Origin: Trichodelitschia bisporula
Lineage: Eukaryota
Reading direction: 5' to 3'
DNA length: 64,000 nt
NCBI GenBank assembly: GCA_010356995.1
Contig: ML996688.1
Location: 496,001-560,000 of the forward strand
This document shows, in pieces, positions 25,315-38,100 of the stretch. Positions within the stretch are counted from its first letter, which is position 1. Each line of letters begins with the position of its first letter. The notes below the pieces were generated by a model. That model made no database searches. It had not been told where the DNA came from and saw nothing but the letters and a program-made list of their open reading frames with translations. The position numbers were made by a program, and so were the translations under genes.

Positions 25315-26962
25315 AGTTGTGTTTAGCGTTCAACGTGTAGTGGGACGGCGGTGACCGTTCAACTGTAGGATATGGATCACAATCAGGCTGTGTAAGCGAA
25401 GATTATGCGGTTTGCTGGATGGAGAATGAAAGACGCGCTGCCATCAGGCGGGAGACAACAAAGTGACGCCGTGCAACGTCGTCCCCTCTCAGCTGTGAGG
25501 TCGTGATATCTGCGGGGTCAGATGTGGCTTAGCCGTTTCAGGCGCGTCCCGCCGCATCGGGCGACGTGCAGGCGCCCTAGACGCGCCACTGCAAGGCTGC
25601 GATCTGCAATGGTCAGACCATGGATCCAGCAACTGGTCGAAACTGCGTTGAGTAATCTGGGGGATCCGCGGCGCCCGCGCGATGAGACTGACGGTCCGAT
25701 TCCTGTTATGGATGTGAAGGGTTGACGTTTGGTGGAGAATGGTGGAATGGAAAGAGCTGGATGGCGTTGTGTCGATGACCCGGGCATTCCTGGACTTTCC
25801 AAGTTTAGATGGCTGTCTGCTGCACACCATCTCCCTTCGGCACGTCTGGCGTCAGCCCCGGCCCAATCACGCTCGGATGTGCAGTTATCCCCATCTTATT
25901 ACCAGGCCGTGATAAGGCGGTGGAGCAAACGCCAAACCAAACCAAGGTACGGTGTTCGCCGTTTCAGGCCAGCAAGGAAAGAATGCGGAGAAAGGACGCA
26001 CAGAATCCGTACAGGCTCGGGTTTACATGGATCTCCTCGGAGCAAGTTGATACTCCGGACCTTAGGAGCAACCTCCGCTTATCAGGCACTCGCGCCACTG
26101 ATGCCGATCCCTCGCACAAGCACCGCCGGTGCAGAGGCGCGCAGTCACATTCCAGTCGACGGCCATCAGCCGAGTTTCGCGTACACGTGCAAAGCACACA
26201 CGTATCAGAGTCACCATTGAAAAAAAAGGCATGTTTCGCCCAATCCAGCAGCGGCGGACGCGCATTGGGTCCACCTCAGCGCGCCAAAATGCCCACGCAG
26301 CTGACGCCAGACTCACGGGCAAATGGAAAGCGCGCGTTCACGAGGTACAGCATCAGCAGCCTCGCTTTTTGCGCCCTTTCTTGTTCACGGCGTTCGAGGT
26401 TTGCGCACGGACGCTCCCAGCAAGGCAAGCAAGCAAGCCCGCCGATTTCTTTCTCGAGCGCTGTGGAACGACCAAGCCGGGAGGGGGGGGGGGCGATCGT
26501 GCTGGCTGCGTAGGCTGTACGAGGCTCAAAGCCGGGGCTAGGTTTAAGGCGGTGCGACGCTCGGCGTTTACTTTGGCGTGGGGCCTCGAGGTCAGGTATA
26601 AGTCTTCGAGGACAGTTTTCGCTCTGATGAAATGCGTTTCTTCTTTCGTTGTCGTAAGCAGGGTGGTCAGCGGGAGTGGTCAGGTCAATGCTGAATCACC
26701 GCCCTCGCAGACGAGTTGGAGGCCCGATCGGGTTCATCGTGCAGGTGTCGATCTTAGGCCTGCATGAGAGGGCGTCGGTGGAGCTTACGGTAAGGGGCGT
26801 CGCGTGGATACACAGCCCTATGCCACTTCTGCAGGCCATCCGGATGAAGCCGCAGAGGAGCGAAACAGGGAACTGGGTTGGTGGGGGGCCATCCATTAGG
26901 ATATATGTATGAATAGATTGCTCCCAAGCTCTCAGATATGGGATCAGAGAGATCAAGCAATC

Positions 26963-27557
26963 ATGACAGACGAAGCATCGTGTATGGGTAATGGTCGACT
27001 GGTGAGTGATATGTCCGGCAGCATTCTCTTGGCGTGCTAACGGCACTTAGGGCAAACTGCTCGTCGACGTTCTGAATCGAAGCACCTTTGACTTTGCACC
27101 GAAGAAGCGGTCCGCCGACGATGAGTCGGTATTCATATTTTGCATGGACGAGTCAGTGGTCTTGACAAAGTGTCGATCTAGACATGACGAGCGGGAGGAA
27201 GCAGTCAGACGACGGGACATTGAAAGCGACCACAACCCACGATCTGCATCCGGCATGTGGATCCCTGGCGCAGAGCCGCAGGAGGACTGGTACTCCAAAG
27301 CAGGGTGGCGCAAGAGCAAGTGTGGCGTGTGGGCTCCTGAAGCAGCAGCGAAGCACATGATGGCTCATCACCGTGGCATGGGATGGCGCGAGGGCGCGAA
27401 GAAGAAGCCGCGGAACGAGGTAGTGCCCAAGGGTCCGGTGGCAGACACGCTCATCGACGAGATAACGGATACCGACACCACGTCGTCGTGGCCGCACATG
27501 ACGAAAAAGAGCCGGCGGCGCAGGCGCACACCAGATGCAAGAAGGTGGTGTACATGA
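26963..27557 (+). CDS. Hypothetical two-exon protein (~181 aa), no recognised domain
   Basis: A canonical 49-nt intron 27002-27050 (GTGAGT...GCTAAC...TAG) joins MTDEASCMGNGRL in frame to GKLLVDVLNRST... and the ORF 27144-27557. The true start is uncertain. Confidence 0.35.
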
Positions 27558-28377
27558 GGGATGATAGGGCGGTGAGGAGTCGCTATTTCGTGCCACCTTA
27601 CCCCGCATTATCGTCCTTCGCATGCTTTATCGAGAGCGGAGATACCGTACGATAGGGAAAGCTTGCTTGCTGATGAGCGATGCCGCCATCGGGGAGGAAG
27701 CGGTGACGGGGCTGGCCACCCGGGAGTAGGCGGGGAGCAGACGGGGATGGCCCGGACCGGAGTGTAGTCCGAGATGAGGATGCAAGGGAAGTCATTGGGG
27801 GGACATTGAGGTTGAAGTGTCAAGAAGATGTCTGCTGCCGCAGAAGACTGGACGAGACCCAATGCTCCGCGGACTACCCGACAGGAGTGCAGTGAAGATG
27901 TTGAGATTGCTGGAGATGGATGTTGAGATTTGAAGGGGATTTTAGCCGGATAAATTTGTTAGTGTGCAGTAGATGCAGCCAATCTAGAATTCTAAGCGAG
28001 GGACTGACATGATAAAGACGTTGATGTTGGTGCATGCTGTCTGGTGTCCCACTCCACATTTTATCGATTTATGGAGCCACGGATTCACTACTATCTCAAC
28101 TATTCCCGTTCCTCTCCCATGACCTCCTCCCCACACATTTGAAGTCGTGGTCTGTCCACTTTTGTCCTCCTTTCCCACACTTCCCCACTTCTGAACTCCT
28201 TGCTGGCGTACCATACTTCCCCACCAAAAATATACGGGGTAGACACGGCTCGACTCCTCTCATCCCGTTTCTCAGCAGTCATCATCACTGATCACTTGCC
28301 ACTTGCATTGTCGATAACCTCGTCATTGCCATCACGTGTTACATTCGTCTTGCTAAACCATCTCAGCAGCACGTCAA

Positions 28378-28387
28378 ATTGCGCCAT
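28378..28387. promoter_or_regulatory. Candidate CYS-3/MetR bZIP site upstream of choline sulfatase
   Basis: ATTGCGCCAT, one mismatch from the CYS-3 palindrome ATGRYRYCAT, ~400 nt before the ATG. TCACGTG at 28332-28338 and TATAA at 28723 are nearby. Confidence 0.45.
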
Positions 28388-28779
28388 CGTCCTCAATGGT
28401 AGTCGCCATCGCAATCGCAATCAGAGATCCGGTTCTTGGCTAAGCTCTCTCCCTCTGCCGACCCGGCAAGTACATAAATCCTTGGAGGTGGCTTGAGTAC
28501 TTAATTCAGCCGCAAAGAAGGTTCCTGCATTTCTTTTCGTTGCTTTTTCTCCAAAGAGTTTCTTCAACTTCGGTTCTGCCAAAGAGTTTCCACCCATTGA
28601 TTTCTGAAGGGTCCACCGCCTTCCTAGTGTGTCATCATTTAGGCGGTTGGGGCCTAGTTCGTACCTGCATCTGCAAGAGGGTAGCTACTTCCCTTGAAGC
28701 GTGGTGGTCGCGTGCACCTGCATATAAGTTCAACGTCACACCCGCACATCCACGAGCATCGCAAATCCCTCCGATAAAG

Positions 28780-30556
28780 ATGGCTCCCCACGCTGAGAGT
28801 CCAATTGGTGAACAAGCGCAGTTCCTCGATGGCGTTTTCGCGGGATCCGCCAATGGTCATCCACCGTTGGAAGTTGTGAAGCCTAACATCCTCTATATCA
28901 TGGCTGATCAGCTTGCGGCGCCTGTTCTCAAGATCCACGATCCGAATTCACTGGTCCAGACACCGAACATCGACAAACTCGCTGAAACTGGCGTGGTCTT
29001 CGAGAATGCATATTCGAACTCTCCCCTATGCGCTCCTTCTCGTTTCTGCATGGTAAGCGGGAAGCTGCCATCGAAGATCGGCGCATACGACAATGCCTCC
29101 CATCTGAACGCGGACATCCCTACGTATGCCCACCACCTTCGGAAGGAAGGCTACGAGACCACCCTCGCTGGAAAGATGCACTTCATCGGACCGGATCAAC
29201 TGCACGGGTTTGAGAACCGGCTGACTTCAGATATCTACCCCGGAGACTTTGGCTGGGCGGTAAACTGGGATGATGCGGATCAACGCCTGGAGTGGTATCA
29301 CAACATGTCCTCGGTGCTCCAGGCCGGGCCGTGCGTGCGCTCCAATCAGCTGGATTACGATGAAGAGGTCATGTTCCGGGTGAGTGAAACGTACTTCCAT
29401 CGCTTGTACGACCGCTAACTGTATGGCTAGAGCACCCAGTATCTGTACGACTACGTACGTCAGGGCGACGCGCAGCGTCCCTTCTGCCTGACGGTCTCAT
29501 TGACGCACCCCCATGATCCATATGCCATCTCTCACAAGTACTGGGAGCAGTACGAAGGCGTCGACATCCCTCTGCCAAAGGTCACTGTTCCACAGGACGA
29601 GCAAGACACTCACTCGCAGCGCCTCCTCAAGTGTATCGACTTGTGGGACAAACCTGTCCCGGATGAGGCCATCCTGCGAGCCCGTCGTGCCTACTATGGA
29701 GCCTGCTCCTACGTTGATGATCAGATTGGCAGACTGCTGTCAACCCTCAAGGAATGTAAGCTGGACCGCAACACCATTGTCATTTTCTCCGGCGACCATG
29801 GCGATATGCTCGGCGAGCGTGGATTGTGGTATAAGATGGCGTGGTTCGAGAACTCCGCTCGCGTCCCTCTTATTGTCAACTACCCCCCGCGCTTCGCGCC
29901 TCGTCGCGTACCGGAGTCGGTGTCGACTATGGACCTTCTTCCAACGCTTGTCGATCTCGTCGGTGGACGCCTGGACCTAAAACTGCCGCTCGACGGCAAG
30001 AGCCTGTACCCAGCACTGATGGGCGCGCGGCTCGTCGACGAAGTGTTCGGCGAATACATGGGCGAAGGTTCCATTTCACCAGTGATCATGATCCGCCGCG
30101 GTCGCTACAAGTACACGTCCTCATTGGTCGACGCGCCGATGCTGTTCGATCTTGTCTCTGACCCGGACGAGCTCGTCAACCTCGCAACGTCGACCGATCC
30201 CGCTATCGCTGCCGTGGCTGCCGCGTTCGCTGAGGAGACTTCCCGCAAGTGGGATCTCAAAGCTATCCACGAGACGGTGTTACAGTCGCAGCGCCAACGC
30301 CGTCTGTGCTGGAGCGCGCTGAAGGTGGGGCGCTTCACTTCGTGGGACTACGATGCGCGTGAGGATCAGTCACAAAAGTAAGTATTTGCCATATCAAGCT
30401 CGTTTACAAGTAGATGTTAACTGGCCTAGGTACATTCGCTCCAACATCCCGCTTGACGACCTCGAGCGTCGTGCGCGTTACCCGACCGTCGATGCTCTTG
30501 GGAATGCTCTTGCCACTATGCATCCACATGGTCAAGCAGGCGCCAAAGGCGAGTAG
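28780..30556 (+). CDS. betC: Choline sulfatase, BetC-like (~557 aa, 3 exons)
   Basis: Exons 28780-29379, 29431-30377, 30430-30556; introns of 51 and 52 nt. KPNILYIMADQL, formylglycine signature LCAPSR, GKMHFIGPDQLHGFE.RLT.DIYP, THPHDPY, SGDHGDMLGERGLWYKM, and a BetC-type C-terminus SWDY...K|YIRS. Confidence 0.93.
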
Positions 30557-31780
30557 CAGTCTCAACGACTCAGCAGCCGAAAGTGAAGTTCTAGAAGAGG
30601 AGCAAATTGTGGTACGGTATGTTCAACACTGGCGTTACAAAGGACGGGTTGTTAGCGTTCTCGTCCTCGGCTTTAGACGTATCAGCGACGGCGTCATTCA
30701 AGGGGTTCCTCTGGATTGCAAGCGAGGCGCGGTGTGGAATTCTTTGCTATGTTTCGCGGCGTCTGGGTGGTGGCTGCGCGTTAAGCTTTAATGTCAACTG
30801 TACTTAGCCGGCAGCTAGCGTAGCGATCTCTGAGCCAGTGTAGGCTCCCTTTACCTTTAGCGCTGTGATTCTTGTAATATTTCGTCTCCGTGTCTGCCTT
30901 GTCCTTTGTAATTCCCGTAGACTGAAGCAGCTCGCTTTTCTCTCCGTCCGACAAGCTCCGACATCGGTTTGGCGTGTCGTGTCACGCCTCTGACCCGTAC
31001 CCAGCATTTCAACACCAGACCCAGGGGCTGTTCCCCACGAACTTCACACCCTTCGACCCTGAACTGGGGCCAAAAGATCATATGTCCTAATGCCCTTCCA
31101 CCTCAGAACCGCACTACTAGTATACATGTCACAGCAAGGCTGAACACCCGCCGGACGTCAAGGCAAGCTTTGCGGCGTCGCACCGCGCTTGTACGTGGTT
31201 GGTTGGTTGTGCTGGTTGGTTCGTGGGTGCGGGGTGCGGAGTTGGCGTGGGGGCGGGGTAGGTCCCTCGATCTGCGTCAGGTATCAGCGCGTGGAGATCG
31301 CTGCGGGGTTAGGGGAGGTTGAGGTTCTTGTTGGTGGTGGAGCTGAGCTGGTTGGGTTGATGGTGAGAAAGGCGGAGGGAGTAGAGATTTCTTGATCCCG
31401 ATAAGGGATTAGGATTCGCTTTGTGTTGGACTTAAGGAGCTTCTCTTGGGAGCTGTGAGCATCAAGTATGGGGTTGCGGGGTATTTGGAGGTCCCATGTG
31501 CTGACGGAGTGGTCTAGAACTAGGGTCACTGGCTTCACAGTTTACTTTCTCTTCGTACCGTACTTCTTTTCTTCATGGCATAAACTAATCTTAAGCCTTC
31601 ATTCAACGCCTGTTATGCCCTCAGAGAAAATATGGATGGTAAGAGGGGATACCGTTGAGGGCGACTGCAGTCACAGAGTATATACTGTCAAGGAAGGCTG
31701 CAGCCACAGGGAATAATCACAGAGGGGTCATTGTTCTTTTCAAATTATCAATTACCACGCAAACGTTCGTCCGAGCTCCA

Positions 31781-32176
31781 TTAGGTCCGAGTGAGCTTCG
31801 CACCGACCTCGGCCCATTGCTTGGTGAGGCCCGCGAGGGCTGCAGCGAGCTCCTCATATCTCGAAGTAAACTTATGAACTATCGCGGCGTGCTCAGCCGG
31901 ACCCATCTCGCCGTCAAGGTAAGTGGACAGGTCTGCATTTAGCTGCTTCTCAAAGGCCTCGAGATAGTCGAGCGCCTCTTCGAATGACTCATGGAGCTTC
32001 GCGGAGAGGCCCCACTTCTTAATACTTCTCTCCAGCGAACGCTCCGGACCTCTTTTCTCCCCGAGATCGTCTATCTTCTTCTCCATTAGTTCGAGCGCGA
32101 AGCGGAAATCTGCGATGTAGCTATTGCTGATCTTCATGGCCTGCGCGAGGCTGACTTGGGGAGTAGAGGCTTCCAT
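31781..32176 (-). CDS. Hypothetical helical/coiled-coil protein (~131 aa)
   Basis: ATG at 32176 (MEASTPQVSLAQAMK...). Amphipathic, E/K/L/A-rich, protein-like composition; no domain recognised. Confidence 0.5.
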   Translation of the reverse strand: MEASTPQVSLAQAMKISNSYIADFRFALELMEKKIDDLGEKRGPERSLERSIKKWGLSAKLHESFEEALDYLEAFEKQLNADLSTYLDGEMGPAEHAAIVHKFTSRYEELAAALAGLTKQWAEVGAKLTRT

Positions 32177-34271
32177 TCTTGCGGGTCTTGCGGTTCTTGC
32201 GGGTCTCGCGTTCTTGCGGTCGATGCGGTCGAAGGATGAGGTACGGGGAGTAACATTTACGGAGTTATTGCTTGCCTTACATACCGTAGATGTGGGAGAT
32301 TTGTGAGTCGGGTAGTGAATGCCTATGAGTGCCTTTGAGTGCGGTACAGGGGGTTGTGATTCGGGTAGTGAGTGCCTGTGAGTGCTTATGAGTGCGGTAT
32401 AAAGGGGTTTTGAGGATGGTAGTGAGGAACGTGAGCTGTGCGGGATTCGAGTGAGTTGGGTATAAGCGATGCGAAAACAGATATTCCGTGCAATCAAGAC
32501 TGCAATAGCAGCCGATTGGGCACCTGATTATTTTATCAGCATACAAGATATCTACAACGAGAGGCGAGTGTATCGACTTGAGCTTCTCTGAGGCATGGCA
32601 TTAATCCAGGGGCCACTCAAGCTCCTCCAGGAATGAAGAAGTGACGAATTCTGATCGCCTTTCGAGGATGCAGTCCAGACAAAGGAGAACGGCGTCGTCA
32701 CTGAGGCTCTTCTTTGCCCGTATGGTTGAGTTCATATGGCCTTTTTGAACTCTCAGTTCAATTTTACGCAGAAGAGGGTAGAGAAGGGATATCTGTGGAA
32801 GTGCGGATGAAAGCAGTTACTGGTCAACTTGTCTTTGGGTATATTACTCTCCATGATGTGGACATATGGCAGAAGCATTGCTACTCAGGAAGGAGCATAC
32901 TTGAAGGGCATTGTATTTATTCTAAAGCGCTTCCGCCGCTGACTTTCCTTGTCCTTTGTCTTTTCGTTTTACATTGAATCATGCGTCGTTGTTGTGCACA
33001 CGTGGCGTGGTGATGCTTCCACCACTCCAGGTCTTAGATGGAGCAAATGGGAGGCTCATGGAAATACTAAGGACGCCCTTCAGCCCTTCTAGCAGGCGGC
33101 AATGGTGCAGCAAGGCAACTGGTAAAACATCAGCATGTCTGCCTCGCCAGGTGTTCATCGTCTGATACTGGGATTTCAATCAGCTTCTCAGAGCTCTGGG
33201 CATTGCGGCAAGGAGCTATCACAACATTGCAGCCATGCCTGCAGACCAAGGTGTGAAGAGACGATATTCATCTCCTCACGGCATACCACCGGGCACAATG
33301 CCGAGTTCGACTTCTAGGGAGGTATGTCTGCCCGTGGTGCCCCAGTCATTGGCAGAAAGGGATACGGCATCCTCCACGACCGCGCCGGTCGACATCTGCC
33401 GATGACCAGACTTTCGGACGGCTGCCCGCGCTTGAAAGATGGCCGTCCAGGACGTCACTTCAGGGGATCCGGCTGAAAATGCTGAAGAGTCTCCACGGGA
33501 ATCAAGGGATGCACGCAGCTCCCAGCTTGGTCCGGACTACATGGAGGCCCGCCGAAGGTCGATGGGTTCTTAAGGAATCACCGGATTCTGGCAAAGAGCA
33601 CTTCAATCGCTGGTCATGGGGAACACGGGCCTGTCTGCTGCCGACGCCCGCGTAACACTTTTGCGTAGGAGTGTGCTTGCTCAGCGGGTACGTGTACATC
33701 CCGGCAACGATGACCCGTGGCTTGAAGTTGGCGGCGATTTAGCAGTCGCTAAGGCCGTTGTTATCGGATTGAGGCAACGACGAAGCTCGCAGGGCGTGAA
33801 AGCCGCTTCTAACGACAGAAATGCGGGCTTATCATACGCGACCTCGCACGGTGGATGGATAAGGTGCTGGCTTGACAGTAGGTGACTACGAACTATTACA
33901 GCGTTTGGAGAGGTCCGATAATGTAGATGGCCAATGCATAGAGTATCAAATCCAATGCCTCCCTTCGTCTTTTTCTAGCGCGTGCTGTGCCGCATCGTGT
34001 CTGAAGCTTGATTCCTCTCTTGATCCGACTGCTCCGACGAGCTCGTCTGAAGTACTCGTAGGATTGAGATGGCCGCGGAATGACCTCTGGCATGTCAATA
34101 TTTTGACATGGATGGATGTTGGGCGTTAAGCTTACCACCGATCTCCCTTGTTGACTTGAATCTCGTTCAGCCACCAAGCCGCAACGGACAAACGATGCCG
34201 GAAGGGAGGCCGAGGGCTTTTCGGCCAGCCGTACATACTGCCGTCAGGCCCAAACTCTCCATCTCGCAACT

Positions 34272-34589
34272 TCAAGGAGAGGAGCCATTTCCTTCCGTGG
34301 AAGACTTTCGACGAATATCGGCAATCTTCTTTTCCAGCTCAGCTTTTTGAGACATCAATCGCGCCCTCGCAGCTTCCAGACGGGCGAGCCGGTCCTCAGC
34401 ACTCTCAGCTGACTTCCGTTCAACGACCTAGGATGCATCCATAAGCAGCTGGCAAAAAAAAGCGGAGTTTAGATGTACCTGTTGGACTTGCTTCTGAGTT
34501 TTCAGTCCAGCGCCGTACCACGCACCCAATGCCGTAATAGACGCAACTCCACCAGTCAATGCAATCCGGCGAAAAGAATTAGACGACAT
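34272..34589 (-). CDS. Small single-TM + coiled-coil protein (88 aa, 2 exons), absent from the ORF track
   Basis: Exons 34589-34479 and 34427-34272; 51-nt intron GTACAT...TAG. Product MSSNSFRRIALTGGVASITALGAWYGAGLKTQKQVQQ|VVERKSAESAEDRLARLEAARARLMSQKAELEKKIADIRRKSSTEGNGSSP. Confidence 0.8.
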
Positions 34590-34787
34590 CGTCGCGCCTC
34601 CGCTCCAGAAATCTCACCAAAATTGACAGACGACGTTGGCCGCGCGGTCAACCCGGAAAACCCCCAGTCACGTGCGTTGACAGGGACCGCGGTGTTTACA
34701 ATCGCGACCTCACCTCCACTGCACTCCCAACCCCGACGTCATCCCACAACACCACCACCAGCCTAACACCCAAACCACCGCACCACA
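34590..34787. promoter_or_regulatory. 198-bp bidirectional promoter between the 88-aa gene and HSK3
   Basis: Divergent ATGs at 34589 and 34788. Contains a near-palindrome at 34635-34652, TCACGTG at 34668-34674 and forkhead-type TGTTTAC at 34693-34699. Confidence 0.65.
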
Positions 34788-35117
34788 ATGTCGCAATCCG
34801 CGCGCCCACAAAGCAACGCAACCTCGCGCCTCAGCACGCTTCCCTCGCAAAAACCGCGCCAACTCTCCCACCTCCACAGCCAGCTCGCGCAGCTGACGGC
34901 GCACGTATCGGACCTCGAGAATCTGCTTAGGATGACGGCGGTACAGGCGGAGAGCATGCGTGGACTGGGAGGGTATGCGGGCGCTATGTGAGTTGCAAGA
35001 CGGTGAGGACGGGACGCGGCTGATGGGCGCAGGTTTATGGCCGCCAGCAAGGTGCTTGGTGAGGAGACGGTTAATGGTGCGGCGCAGGCGGAGGTGAGGC
35101 GCGAGCCCGGCTCGTAG
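34788..35117 (+). CDS. HSK3: DASH/Dam1 kinetochore complex subunit Hsk3 (94 aa, 2 exons)
   Basis: Exons 34788-34987 and 35033-35117; 45-nt intron GTGAGT...GCTGAT...CAG. RQLSHLHSQLAQL...LENLLRMTAVQAESMRGLGGY...FMAASKVLGEE matches the filamentous-fungal Hsk3 pattern. Confidence 0.85.
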
Positions 35118-38100
35118 GACCATGGGCAGGCAGTTGATGGAAAGGTCGGACTACGGGGCATTTTTGTCGATGTGCGGCTTCATAAGGGCAGCTTGAAAAA
35201 TCCAGACAACAAGCGGCCAAGTTCGTGGTTTTCGACGCACATCTCTTCAAGACCTGGCAGGAGGGCAAACCAGCCCGCGTCATCGATGAACCCACCCCAA
35301 CAAGACCATTATCCAGGAATGCGATGACAAGAGAGGAAATATGACGGGAAGCCGCAATAGGCTCATTGCCATACGAGACGGGTGGAAGGGCATGTACGGA
35401 TTACCCGACTGAGGTTTCTTACTTGCCCTTCCACTAGTATCGTTGTGCGATGAGCCTATTGTGGCTTCTCTTCCCATGTGACCTCGGTTGTCATGGCATT
35501 CCTGCATGATAGTCGTCCGCGCGTGGGGGCCATCGATATCGCGTGCTGGTTGGGTCTTGCGGCGCGGAAGACTGCTGATGAGAAGGACGTTGGAAACTGC
35601 TTCGTGCCTGTGCTCTCACGATTGGGGATGCTGGGGAGTGGGTGGATGATATTGTTCATCTGGATATCGTTTATCGGATGCGGAACGAATCGGCACGAGG
35701 GCCGGTAGAGGGGAGGAATGAAGGAAGCGCTTTGGTCGAAACCCGTCGTTGGCCTTAAGCATGAAGCCGAAAAGCCTGCAGTGACTGCGACTGGCTGGTG
35801 GCCCTTTCCTCTGCAAGTTGCCGAGCGTATCGACGTCGTACTGTCCTGCTACCAGGGAGAAGGTATCCCAGACCTTCGCGTTGAAGTCAACATCTGCTCA
35901 TCACTCCCTCTGGTTCTGCAAACTGTGCAGATTGAGAGACGTCAAAGCCTTTGAATGCCATGGTTTCCATCTCATCGTGCTTTTACTATCAGCCCTAAGC
36001 CCGAGGATTTCTCGCATTTGAACCCTCACACGTGTCGCCTTTCCTTTTATCAGCATCTCTCTTCCGTCGGCAGCCATTGCCGTCTCAGCATCTTATCGCA
36101 CAATCCGTCGGCTTCATCTCTCTAAGCTCTGGTACCGCACTCCTCCAACTACTTGATACGCTACCAGCAGCATGTACCGTGAAGGAGAGCACAGTACGCA
36201 CCATCTCATCATGACCTACTAAAATGACGAGCGAACGGCGAGGCAGCACGGATCGGATATTAGCAAAGAGCCGAACCGCATATCGGCCCGAGTACCGAAA
36301 CCGAAAGTTATACGCGTGCTCAACCCGGCCTCTTTATCGGTACATCACGGAACATGCCTTTTAGGTGTGACATTGTAGCGGTTCTACCAGTAACCCGACG
36401 TATCCTGCGAGTAAACAGATCTCCAGCCTCGCATAAACACGGTATAGGGCGTGGAAATTGTATCGTATGAAGGACCAAAATGGAAACAGGAGAGCTTAAT
36501 TAAAAATGGTATGTCACTGTGTTCAATGTCAACAGTCTCGCCGCCTTGCCCGTCAATGGCGCAATCTTTGTCGACGCAGGTACCGACCCGAATAGGGAAG
36601 CCAGCCAGCCAATTGCAGCAAGCCATCAATCTGTCTTATCTCCAAAAGCAGTGCGAAGCTTTCACTCGCAAGGTTCAAAGGCAAAAATACAGCGTTGCTG
36701 ATAAGAACTGCCTGAGACTGCCCCGGTAGGCTCCTTGATGCGTTTTTGCCAACAGGCTGGTGTACCATATGGGCCCCTGCTCGGGCTGTGGCAGAGGTAG
36801 ACGTGTGAGGGTTGTGGGCGGCTCATTGGCAGAGAGGGGGCAATGACGGAAGAGGGCAGAGATAAGTTATCACTTCCCTCCGCCTCCTGCAAACCCCTGG
36901 GAAGGACATTATATAAGTGCCAGTCACTCGCACCCAGTGCAACTTCCCGACGTTTTGCAACCTGCTCGTCTTTTCGGACATGGCTGTCGGTCGTCATCAG
37001 TCACTTTGTGTCGCCACCGACAACGAAAAGACGGAAACTGGATCATGTCGTTCCGTCACACGATTAGGAGGGAGTCGGTGATCCAGGGCGACCCCGAGGT
37101 TTCGCATCTTCGGCAAGCCGGGAAAAGGTGGGCTGGCGGCACCTCGAACCTGGCCGTTCAACTTTCGCTACACTCTACCTCGAGCACCGCGCCAGCATCG
37201 CCGGGTCCCCCGACCGATCGGACAGAAAGAGAAGATGACTTGGCTCGCCGCTGTGGAGAAAGCCCCCCCCCTTCCCTTCCCCCGTCCAGACCGGCCTCTC
37301 GGAGGGGTGAAGAGGGGTTGTGGAAGGGCCGAGGCGAACCCGAGGGGACGGCCGACTATCCGAGAGTGTTGACCCCCACGCCAAGGACGACCATCCCACG
37401 CCATGCAGGGGATGCGTTTCGGCCCAAGCGTCTTTCCCGTCCTGCTCCGACATGGCCCGTGTGGTTCGGGTGCTCAACCACCGAACTCCCACCCCCAGTT
37501 AACCTCCAGTTCGCCTCCAGTCTCCACTCCTCCGCTTTGGGCTCTCCACTTTACAACCACTTACGATCGCCCTATCTTACAGTACTCCCCTGCTTTCACA
37601 TCCCCGTTTCTCCCGAGCGTCAAACGTTAGCAGGCCCGTGCTAACGAAGCGCAACAGGCATTCAACCTTACCGCTTTTTGGCGATCCGTGTTCCTGTCGC
37701 GCGCCTTTTCCGCACCCCCTTCCGCCCCCCTCTTCTACCCCACGGAGAGGGATCAATCTGGAAGCTCAAACAACAGCGGGAGTTTCCCATGGGTGCCGGA
37801 CAAGAGAGAAAGATATTCCAGCCCTTGATGCACTCTCGCGTGACCCGGTCAATGCCGAGGTGGTTCCGCGTCAGGGTGGCGCACACCGGGCTCCGGGGTT
37901 AATCCCAGTCTCATTTCTGGCTCGCTGACATGCAGCCCGAGACATGGTGAGCACACCCCACCACACTTGCGCCAGCGTGGGGGTTCTGCAGGAGCCAAGA
38001 CAAGCCACGTGCGGGACTGGACCCTTCTACACGCTGTGCCGCCCCCAGTTTCGGCCGTGCGCTCCCCGGCGGCATGCTGACCCTAAGCAAACTGCGTCGA

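Noticed and set aside
23325..30556. MFS plus sulfatase as a choline-sulfate uptake cluster or recent bacterial transfer
   Set aside because: The transporter is a DHA2 efflux type, and the sulfatase has ordinary fungal introns.
35456..35970. Broken minus-strand reading frames suggesting a pseudogene
   Set aside because: No recognisable family; cannot be supported without a homology search.
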